From: Oscillospiraceae bacterium
Lineage (GTDB): Bacteria > Bacillota > Clostridia > Oscillospirales > Oscillospiraceae
Length of the DNA: 40,000 bases
Assembly (NCBI GenBank): GCA_910575815.1
Contig: CAJTFN010000001.1
Location: forward strand, 264,507 to 304,506
Reading direction: 5' to 3'
The translations under genes and the position numbers were made by a program. Each line of letters opens with the position of its first letter. The stretch's first letter is position 1. Under the pieces are notes generated by a model. It did no database searches. It saw only the letters and a list, made by a program, of their open reading frames with translations, and was not told where the DNA came from. Below, piece by piece: positions 17,087 to 24,310 of this stretch.

Positions 17087-17962
17087 ATGGAACAACTGCT
17101 TCCGCCTCTCAGCGGTGAGCAGTTTTCTTCTTTAGAGAGTGACATCCTGGAAAACGGCTGCTACGCTCCAATCATCGTCAACGAGGATATGACCGTCATA
17201 GACGGGCATAATCGTTTTCGAATCTGCGAAAAACACAATCTTTCATTTACAATGCTGGTATTTTCGTTCGCCGATCTGCTTGAAGCCAAGCAGTGGGCAG
17301 TGGATACCCAAAAGGGCCGCCGCAATCTGGATAAGTGGGAATTAGGCAAGATCGCGCTGAAGCTGAAACCGGAAATCGAGGCCAGGGCACGGGCCAATAT
17401 GTCCGCTGGGGGCGGCGACCACAAGAGCGATAGTGTGAAATCGGGTTTGGTGAATTCACCAAACCCGATTTTGCCTGTGGATACCAGGAAGGAAGCGGCC
17501 CTGGCCGTAGGAATCGGAGAACAGACCATGGGCAGGGTCGCACAAATGGCGGAAACCGCGCCCCAGGCCCTGAAAGACGCGCTGGACAGGAAAGAAGTGT
17601 CCATTAACAGGGGCTGGAAAATCCTGAAAGCGGTTCGGCAGTTGCCTCTGGAAGAGCAGGAATCCGCCGCCGCCGAGATGCTGTCGGCTGTGCGGGAAAT
17701 TGACCAACTGGACGCTGAAGCGGAGCACAGAGGGAAAATCGCCAGCCTGTTCTGCAAAGCATATGAAAAAGCTGTTCTTCTGACTCCTACATTGGAAAAT
17801 GTTCGCATTTGGGTAGAAAACACCCGCATGAGGCCGGATGAGATCGAGGGCGCTATGCGGGAATCTTATGAACTGGCCCAGACGTTTCAGGCCATTGGAG
17901 ATTTGCTCAAAAATGAAGTTCTGCATGATTGTCAACAGGCTGTACATCCAGATAGAGCTTGA
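17087..17962 (+). CDS. ParB N-terminal domain (ParB/Srx-like) protein
   Basis: 291 aa; ...LLPPLSGEQFSSLESDILENGCYAPIIVNEDMTVIDGHNRFRIC... fits the ParB-like nuclease-domain pattern (DGHNR). The only good RBS (GAAGGAG, 17012-17018) lies upstream and the frame is open from there, so the start may be earlier and non-ATG. Confidence 0.65.
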   Translation: MEQLLPPLSGEQFSSLESDILENGCYAPIIVNEDMTVIDGHNRFRICEKHNLSFTMLVFSFADLLEAKQWAVDTQKGRRNLDKWELGKIALKLKPEIEARARANMSAGGGDHKSDSVKSGLVNSPNPILPVDTRKEAALAVGIGEQTMGRVAQMAETAPQALKDALDRKEVSINRGWKILKAVRQLPLEEQESAAAEMLSAVREIDQLDAEAEHRGKIASLFCKAYEKAVLLTPTLENVRIWVENTRMRPDEIEGAMRESYELAQTFQAIGDLLKNEVLHDCQQAVHPDRA

Positions 17963-18149
17963 GCGGATAAGACTATGGACAAGGGGGTTATGTATGCACA
18001 CCCAGCCTCCGTTTTTTGAGGATGCAGGGTAGGAGCAGGTGCATACATATGCCCCCACCATCGAAGCAAAGACTGTCCGCCAAATCATCTGGACATTACC
18101 GGAACAGGCTGATATGATGTGGCCTACCCAATAACAGGAGGTACGCCCG

Positions 18150-18458
18150 ATGGAAGTAAGATTTTTCTTTGATAAAGCTGCAGCAGAGCGGCGCAGCTAC
18201 ACATTGGAGGCTGTGCATCAGACGATAAAAAGCCTGTTCGCCACCCACGACCTCCCCTGCGTCTCTGACGGAGATACCCTCGTCTTCAAGGATAAGGGTC
18301 ACGGCGATGACTTTGCCGTCATGTGGGATATCATCTTGTCCCTGCTGCGGACGAATTGGTTCATGGACTGCGCCGCTTCCTGTGTTTGGCGGGACGAGGA
18401 TGGTGAGGAAGACATACTCGCTCAGGCTGGGAAAGTAGGGAGCACCATGCGGCAATAA
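18150..18458 (+). CDS. hypothetical protein (102 aa, acidic)
   Basis: AGGAGG lies 7 nt before the ATG. I recognise no family. Confidence 0.5.
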   Translation: MEVRFFFDKAAAERRSYTLEAVHQTIKSLFATHDLPCVSDGDTLVFKDKGHGDDFAVMWDIILSLLRTNWFMDCAASCVWRDEDGEEDILAQAGKVGSTMRQ

Positions 18459-18516
18459 TCTGCGGTGGGCCGCAGCCCCCACCGGCCCAAATTTCAATCA
18501 CCCTACCACTGGAAAA

Positions 18517-18687
18517 GGCCCCGCTTCGGCGGGGTCAAAGCTCACGCCGACGGGGCGGCGTGAGCGCAAGCATCGCAAAAATGTACATTTTTATAGCTTG
18601 CAGGGGAACCCCCCTGTCCCCAATGCCGCCTGCGGGCGGAAATTTTGGGGAACCCCGCCGCAACCCAGCGAAGCGGTTGCGGTGGGG
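18517..18687 (+). other. oriT-like structured region upstream of the relaxase
   Basis: Stem-loops at 18517-18536, 18541-18564 (9-bp perfect stem), 18601-18616, 18626-18639 and 18653-18687 (13 bp). A perfect 16-bp AT palindrome AAAAATGTACATTTTT lies at 18577-18592. GGGGAACCCC occurs twice. Confidence 0.4.
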
Positions 18688-18797
18688 AGAGAAGGAAGGA
18701 ATGGAGCGGGCGGAGTTTTCGCCGACAGGCGGAAACACAGCGGAGCGGAATTTCTTCCGACGAGGCGGTCAAGAGCCGCGAAAGGAGTTGACGCAAC

Positions 18798-20201
18798 GTA
18801 GCTGTTACAAAAATTCTGGCAAGAAATACCCGACTGAATCAGGCCATTCAATATGTGCTGAATGGGGATAAAACCGACAGGCGGATCCTGACATACCACC
18901 AAAACTGTGACCCCGGCTTGGAGTACCGGGAGATGATGGATACCAAGCGGGCCATCGGAAAACTGGATGGCCGCCAGTGCTATCACATCGTCCAGTCCTT
19001 CAAGCCGGGAGAGGTTTCCCCGGAGCTGGCGCTGGAAATCGCAAAGGAATTCGCTGCTGAGTACCTGCCGGATTATGAGGTGGTCATCGGGACCCACGTT
19101 GACAAAAAGCACATTCACTCCCACCTGATATTCAATTCCGTGAATGCGCAGACCGGGAAAAAATATCACATTTCAACCCAGGAGTATTACCGTCAGATTC
19201 GGGCGATCTCGGAGCGGCTGTGCAGAGAACATGGGCTATCCGTGGTTATGGAAGGCCAGCCCTCCCAGACCGTCAGCTACATCGGATGGCTGCGGCAGTC
19301 CAAAGGCCAGCCGACCTTCCGCTCTATGCTGGAGGCGGACCTGCGGACCGCCATTGAGGACGCCAACGACCTGGGGCACTTTTTCATGCTTGTTGAGCAT
19401 ATGGGCTGGGAGATCAGCCACGGGAACCGCCTGGGCTTCCGTCTGCGGGGACAGGAACGATTTATGTACCCTGGACGTAAGAATCCATTGTTCACGGAGG
19501 ATGGTATCCGCGCCGCTATTGCGGGCAATCTGGAGGAAATTGAGGCCGGACGCCGACCGGAGGTGATTCACCGGCCTTACTATCAACCCTATAAAGAACA
19601 TCCGAAATACTCTGGATTTATGGCGCTGTATGTTCACTATCTCTACGTTTTAGGGAAAGTCGAAAAGCGTCAGTACCCTCCCCGAATGACGCCCCAGCTA
19701 CGGAAAGAAGTCATGCGCTTCGAGCGGTACAGAGAGCAATTTTCGTTTCTTCGGGAGAACAATATCGTCAGCCAGGAGGATATGACCGCTTTCCAATCCA
19801 GTGCAGAGGACGAGCTGGCCAATTTTATGAAGCAGCGCACAATCCTGAATGTGCGGAAAAAGAAGCGAAAAGGGCTGTATGACGCTCTGGCTGATGTAGC
19901 GGCTCTGGAGCAGGCGAAAGCGCTCTATGAGGAAGGGCTGTCCGGCATGGAAGCGGAGTTCTCCCGGTACATGGAGGCGGAAGCTGTTCTGGAGCGGAGC
20001 GGCGTTCCTCGGGAACAGCTCACAGCAGAGAAAGCAGCGATATACGAGCAGCTGGCACAGGTCAACGCCGACATCCGAACGGCGAGGAAGAAGCTGGCGC
20101 TGTGCAAGGAAATTCAGAACCGCCTGCCTCAGATGGAGCAGACAATCAGAAATATTGAATCCAGAGAAACGGAAATCCATGAGAAGCACAGAGGGCGGTA
20201 A
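18798..20201 (+). CDS. MobA/VirD2-family relaxase (mobilization nuclease domain); the conserved N-terminus lacks a canonical start codon
   Basis: The ORF track starts at GTG 18855. The frame is open from 18792 and encodes VAVTKILARNTRLNQAIQYVLNGDKTD..., a typical relaxase N-terminus. His-rich motif THVDKKHIHSHLIFNSVN is present. AAAGGAG RBS at 18781-18787. Confidence 0.8.
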   Translation, partial: VAVTKILARNTRLNQAIQYVLNGDKTDRRILTYHQNCDPGLEYREMMDTKRAIGKLDGRQCYHIVQSFKPGEVSPELALEIAKEFAAEYLPDYEVVIGTHVDKKHIHSHLIFNSVNAQTGKKYHISTQEYYRQIRAISERLCREHGLSVVMEGQPSQTVSYIGWLRQSKGQPTFRSMLEADLRTAIEDANDLGHFFMLVEHMGWEISHGNRLGFRLRGQERFMYPGRKNPLFTEDGIRAAIAGNLEEIEAGRRPEVIHRPYYQPYKEHPKYSGFMALYVHYLYVLGKVEKRQYPPRMTPQLRKEVMRFERYREQFSFLRENNIVSQEDMTAFQSSAEDELANFMKQRTILNVRKKKRKGLYDALADVAALEQAKALYEEGLSGMEAEFSRYMEAEAVLERSGVPREQLTAEKAAIYEQLAQVNADIRTARKKLALCKEIQNRLPQMEQTIRNIESRETEIHEKHRGR

Positions 20202-20327
20202 AACCGCCTCCTGTCGGCTTTTTAGGGCAATCTGAGTCCCTGACCGACTGAGACCACATAGGCCCACACGCCGCAACCTGTGGGCCGACACGGCAAAAAA
20301 GGAGTTAATGTATCTATGAAAAAATTA
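20124..20327 (+). repeat. direct repeat copy A (relaxase 3' end, hairpins, RBS and degenerate start of the next gene)
   Basis: Aligns with 22165-22368. The 51-nt core 20178-20228 differs from 22219-22269 at 2 positions. Confidence 0.75.
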
Positions 20328-20344
20328 TAAATCGCAAATCACGG

Positions 20345-20373
20345 TTGATATTTTAACTGTTTTGCGCTATAAT
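20345..20373 (+). promoter_or_regulatory. promoter of the AbiE cassette
   Basis: TTGATA (20345-20350), a 17-nt spacer, then TATAAT (20368-20373). Confidence 0.5.
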
Positions 20374-20398
20374 CAGTTTTACAAAGAAGGTGATATAG

Positions 20399-21163
20399 TT
20401 GAAGCATTATGAAAAGCTGCTGGAGCTCGGCTGTTTTTCACGCGGCAAAATTGCCGCGCTGCTTGGCAACGATGAAACAGCGGGTTCGCTGTTGCGGGAG
20501 TATCAGAAAAAGGGCTATATTGAGCGTGTCCGGCGCGATTTGTATGTTGTCATAAGCCTTGAGACAAAACAGCCGGTAGTATCCCGGTACCAGATCGGAT
20601 GTTCCGTTTTTGACGATGCCGTCATAGCCAATCACAGCGCCTTTGAGGTTTTCGGATTTGCAAATCAGGTGTTCTATGAGGTCTATGTCTGCACAGGTCA
20701 TCGCTTTCCCGACTTCCAGTACAACGGTGTCTCCTATCATCGTCTTGCGCCGAAAAGCAGCATTGACACTGTTTACAGCGGCGGCGTCCGTGTCACAAGC
20801 TTGGAACAGACTGTGATAGACAGCATCGCTGATTTTGAAAAATTTACCGGCCTGGAAGAGACGCTGCGCTGTATAATGCTGATCCCCTCTTTAGACGAGG
20901 GAAAACTCCTTTGCATTCTCGGTGAATTGGGTAACGGCTATCTTTGGCAGAAGTGTGGATATGTTTTGGAGGAATTGAACGGCATACTCCATCTTTCGCC
21001 CGAATTTTTTAAGGCTTGTCATGACCATATTGCAGGCAGTAAACGCGCTCTTTTGAAGGAAACGGTCGGACCGGTAATCTGGAACAGGAAATGGGATTTA
21101 TATGTCCCTGAATCTATACGCACTCTGACGGATAAGGGGGGAGATTTCCGTGATACAGTATGA
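20399..21163 (+). CDS. AbiEi-family antitoxin / transcriptional regulator (type IV TA)
   Basis: 254 aa with a TTG start after a GAAGGTGA RBS. N-terminal winged-helix-like segment ...LLREYQKKGYIERVRRDLYVV.... Overlaps and precedes an AbiEii-type gene. Confidence 0.7.
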   Translation: MKHYEKLLELGCFSRGKIAALLGNDETAGSLLREYQKKGYIERVRRDLYVVISLETKQPVVSRYQIGCSVFDDAVIANHSAFEVFGFANQVFYEVYVCTGHRFPDFQYNGVSYHRLAPKSSIDTVYSGGVRVTSLEQTVIDSIADFEKFTGLEETLRCIMLIPSLDEGKLLCILGELGNGYLWQKCGYVLEELNGILHLSPEFFKACHDHIAGSKRALLKETVGPVIWNRKWDLYVPESIRTLTDKGGDFRDTV

Positions 21164-22148
21164 CCGTATGACTCTTGGCCGTCAGGCAAAGGACCTTGGC
21201 TTTGTAAGGGATACCTTCGAGAAAGTATGCCGTCTTGCCGGTGTTCTCGACTTTATGGAGCAGGACATGGTTCTGAAAAATTCGCTTGCCCTGAAAGGTG
21301 GAACGGCGATCAATCTGACGATTTTTGACCTGCCGCGCCTGTCTGTGGACATAGACCTTGATTTTGCCGAAGCTCTTGGCCGTGTTGAAATGCTGGAAAA
21401 GCGCGGAGACATAGCAGAGTGCATCAGAAAATATATGAAGGCGCACGGCTATACGCTCAGCGAAAAATCGAAAAAATACCACGCCCTGGACTCCTTTGTT
21501 TACGAGTATCAAAACGCCGGAGGCATGAGAGATAACCTGAAAATTGAAATCAACTATATGCTGCGCTGCCACATACTTGATGTCAGTCGCAGAATGGTAA
21601 AGCTACCTTGGCTCAGCCAGGAACTGACAGTTTTGTGTGTCGCCCCAATCGAAATATTTGCGTCAAAAATCGTGGCTCTGATGAACAGGGCCGCGCCCCG
21701 TGACCTTTACGATTTCCACAATATGATTTACTTCGGCCTGTTCGATGAAAGGGCGCTGGAACTGCTGCGAAAGAGCGTGGTATATTATAACGCCATCGGC
21801 TCGGATGAGACTCCAACATCATTTTCTTTTGATTCTATCCGCGCAATCACGCAGAACCGGATCAAAACCGAACTGTTGCCTGTGTTGCGAAACAGCCCTT
21901 TCTTCGATGTCAAGGCAGCACAGGGCGAGTGTATCGACTACCTGACGCAGCTGCTTAATCTGACTGACAGGGAGTACGAGTTTCTTCGCTTGTTCAAGGA
22001 AAAGCAGTATCAACCAGTCCTTTTATTTGAAGACGCCGATATTCTGTCGCGTATCTCTCAGCATCCTATGGCGCTATGGAAGTGTATGAAGGAGGCAGAA
22101 AAAGATAAACCCAAGGCGCCGAAACATAAAAACGGACCGGAACGATGA
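21150..22148 (+). CDS. AbiEii/AbiGii-family nucleotidyltransferase toxin (DUF1814)
   Basis: 332 aa; NTase-type motifs LKGGTAINL and RLSVDIDLDF. 14-bp overlap with the upstream gene. Confidence 0.8.
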   Translation: MIQYDRMTLGRQAKDLGFVRDTFEKVCRLAGVLDFMEQDMVLKNSLALKGGTAINLTIFDLPRLSVDIDLDFAEALGRVEMLEKRGDIAECIRKYMKAHGYTLSEKSKKYHALDSFVYEYQNAGGMRDNLKIEINYMLRCHILDVSRRMVKLPWLSQELTVLCVAPIEIFASKIVALMNRAAPRDLYDFHNMIYFGLFDERALELLRKSVVYYNAIGSDETPTSFSFDSIRAITQNRIKTELLPVLRNSPFFDVKAAQGECIDYLTQLLNLTDREYEFLRLFKEKQYQPVLLFEDADILSRISQHPMALWKCMKEAEKDKPKAPKHKNGPER

Positions 22149-22164
22149 ACCAAATCATGTTAGC

Positions 22165-22368
22165 CCGCCCCGGATGGCGCAGATAATCGAAAAAACTGAA
22201 TCCAGCGAAATTAAAAACCATGAGAAGCACAGGGGGCGGTAAAACCGCCTCCTGCCGGCTTTTTAGGGCGGTCCGCATCCCTGGACCCATAAGGCCCCAC
22301 AGACCCACACACCGCCCCGTGTGGGCCGACACGACAAGAAAAAGGAGGCAATGCCTATTAAAAAATTA
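22165..22368 (+). repeat. direct repeat copy B, containing a 25-codon relic of a relaxase 3' end
   Basis: Reads PPRMAQIIEKTESSEIKNHEKHRGR-stop, against LPQMEQTIRNIESRETEIHEKHRGR-stop at the end of the intact relaxase. Confidence 0.75.
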
Positions 22369-22572
22369 AACCGCAGTCTGACCGACCAGGTGTTTGGGAT
22401 CGGTCGATATCGGTGTTCAAAAGATGGACAATTATACTTCATCCATGGAAAAACCCGTATTAAAGTTACAGAACATTTCCCCGCGGACGGAAATCCCCTG
22501 CACACGCTGCTGGAGGATGTGATTCAATTTTCCGCCAAACAGGAAGACGAAAAGAACCGTCCGGCCTGTTAG
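22351..22572 (+). CDS. small protein preceding the recombinase (TnpW-like, tentative)
   Basis: ATG at 22351 follows AAAGGAGG. 73-aa product MPIKKLNRSLTDQVFGIGRYRCSKDGQLYFIHGKTRIKVTEHF.... Its position and size resemble small ORFs found next to large serine recombinases in clostridial mobilizable transposons. Confidence 0.4.
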   Translation: MPIKKLNRSLTDQVFGIGRYRCSKDGQLYFIHGKTRIKVTEHFPADGNPLHTLLEDVIQFSAKQEDEKNRPAC

Positions 22573-22655
22573 GGAAAAGCGCTGGATATCCGCCCACGCT
22601 TGTGGTATTGTGGTGCCGTAAGCGTGGGTTGTTTCAACCAAAGGAGGGTCGATTT

Positions 22656-24245
22656 TTGAAACAACCGATTTATAACACAGCGCTCTACCTCAGACTCAGC
22701 CGTGACGATGAGCAGCAAGGTGACAGCGGCAGCATCCAGACGCAGCGCATGATGCTTCGGGACTACGCCCAGACCCATGGTCTCAACATAGTGTCCGAGT
22801 ACGTGGACGACGGCTGGTCCGGCACGAATTATGACCGCCCCGGCTTCCAGAAGATGATTGATGACATTGAGGATGGAAAGATAAACTGCGTAGTCACCAA
22901 GGATTTATCCCGTCTGGGCCGCAATTACATCATGACAGGCCAGTATACGGAAATCTACTTTCCCAGCAAAGGTGTCCGCTATATCGCCGTCAACGACAAT
23001 GTGGATACGTTGAACGGCGAAAGTGAGCTGGCCCCGTTCCTGAATATTCTCAACGAGATGCACGCTCGCCAGACCAGCAAGAAGGTAAAGGCCGCTCTGA
23101 AAGCCCGCCGGATGAACGGCGCTCACATCAGTTCGTTTGCCCCATTGGGCTATCGGTGGGATCCGGAGCAAAAAGGGCACCTGCTGGTAGACCCGGAAAC
23201 GAAGTGGATTGTTGAAAAGATTTTTGACATGTCCTATCACGGAATGGGGGCGGCGAAGATCATGAAGGCGCTGATTCGAGAGCAGGTTCCAACTCCTGGG
23301 TGGATACATTACTCCAGAGAGGGTGCTTACTCGCACATCTACCAAAACGCACCTGAAAAAGTGCGGTACGCATGGAACGAAACGAAGATTAGGCTCATTT
23401 TAACAGATGAGAATTATCTTGGCAACAGCATTCACAATAAAACGTCTGTCAAATCGTTCAAACTGAAAAGGCAGACCAGAAATCCCGCCTCAGAATGGAT
23501 TCGCGTGGAAGGAACTCATGAGGCCATCATCAGCAAGGACGTGTTTGACCAAGTCCAGCGGCAGATCGCCAGTCGCCGCAGGCAGCGCAGGGACGGCACG
23601 ACACAGATATTCGCTGGTCTGGTCAAGTGCGCGGACTGTGGATGGACTATGCACTTCGCAAGGCAGAACAAGGGTAACCATCCCGGATATTTCTCCTGCG
23701 GTACCTACAGCAAAAAGGTGGACGAGTGTACCATGCACTTTATCAGCTACAACACGCTGTACGCCTATGTTCTGGAACGGCTGCAGTTTTGGTCGTCTAT
23801 GGCGCAGAAGGATGAGCGGCAGCTCTTGGAACGGCTTCTCCAAAGCGGCGGTGAAAACCGGGCCGCTGAGCGAAAAAAGCAGGCATCTGAACTTCGAAAG
23901 GCCGAAAAACGTAAAAGTACCGTTAACGGTCTTTTTGTGAAGATGTACGAGGACTGGTCAGCGGGGCGTATCACGGAAAGCAATTTCAACCTTCTGTCTG
24001 AGCGATACCAGGCGGAACAGGCAGAATTGGATGATAAGATTGCTGCCCTGAAATTGGTCATGGAAAACGCCAAGCAGTCTGTGGAGGACGCTGAGAAGTG
24101 GGTCAAGCTCATCCGGCAGTATAGTGACATCGTTGAGCTAGATGCCCCACTGCTCAATACCCTGATTGAAAAGATCGTAATCCATGAGGCGACGAAAAGC
24201 CCGGACGGCATCCGGGAACAGGAAGTGGAGATTTTTTACCGCTAA
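22656..24245 (+). CDS. large serine recombinase (integrase)
   Basis: TTG start at 22656, 7 nt after AAGGAGGG (the track starts at 22602). N-terminal resolvase motif ALYLRLSRDDEQ...SIQTQR. Recombinase domain and Cys-rich zinc-ribbon region KCADCGW...FSCGTY. C-terminal coiled coil. Confidence 0.9.
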   Translation: MKQPIYNTALYLRLSRDDEQQGDSGSIQTQRMMLRDYAQTHGLNIVSEYVDDGWSGTNYDRPGFQKMIDDIEDGKINCVVTKDLSRLGRNYIMTGQYTEIYFPSKGVRYIAVNDNVDTLNGESELAPFLNILNEMHARQTSKKVKAALKARRMNGAHISSFAPLGYRWDPEQKGHLLVDPETKWIVEKIFDMSYHGMGAAKIMKALIREQVPTPGWIHYSREGAYSHIYQNAPEKVRYAWNETKIRLILTDENYLGNSIHNKTSVKSFKLKRQTRNPASEWIRVEGTHEAIISKDVFDQVQRQIASRRRQRRDGTTQIFAGLVKCADCGWTMHFARQNKGNHPGYFSCGTYSKKVDECTMHFISYNTLYAYVLERLQFWSSMAQKDERQLLERLLQSGGENRAAERKKQASELRKAEKRKSTVNGLFVKMYEDWSAGRITESNFNLLSERYQAEQAELDDKIAALKLVMENAKQSVEDAEKWVKLIRQYSDIVELDAPLLNTLIEKIVIHEATKSPDGIREQEVEIFYR

Positions 24246-24290
24246 ACAATATTTTATGGTACATCCCTAACTATGATTAACGGAGGCAGG

Positions 24291-24310
24291 TTTTTCTGGA
24301 GTACACCATA
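24291..24310. other. putative attR junction
   Basis: tttttctggAGtacaccata: element sequence up to AG, host coding sequence after it. Confidence 0.45.

Larger units (their letters stand above)
6681..24301. mobile_element. About 17.6-kb integrated element (prophage-tail / mobilizable-element chimera) carrying a large serine recombinase
   Basis: Abrupt change to AT-richer sequence at 6684 and back at about 24300. A recombinase gene sits at the right end. AGT is shared at both junctions (6679-6681 and 24300-24302). The flanking host ORF fragments join in frame. Confidence 0.65.

Noticed and set aside
16399-17095. Small ORFs on both strands in the 700-bp gap (for example 16399-16614 plus strand, 16551-16859 minus strand, 16757-17095 minus strand)
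   Set aside because: No Shine-Dalgarno sequences, mutually overlapping, with Cys/Arg/Phe-rich translations. The region is treated as non-coding or regulatory instead.
18560-18871. 103-aa ORF across the region upstream of the relaxase; also minus-strand ORFs 18535-19169
   Set aside because: Built from the inverted repeats of the oriT-like region, with no RBS and Gly/Arg/Pro-rich sequence. The 3' part is out of frame with the conserved relaxase N-terminus.
6671-24304. Alternative att core alignment using the 6-nt identity TCTGGA (6673-6678 versus 24295-24300)
   Set aside because: Joining on this register gives ...SLWSTP-stop and leaves the right-hand ORF with no RBS and a start inside a TM helix. 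The AG(T) register gives an uninterrupted 417-codon ORF. It is kept as the explicit alternative to test, because a 6-nt match cannot be dismissed on sequence alone.
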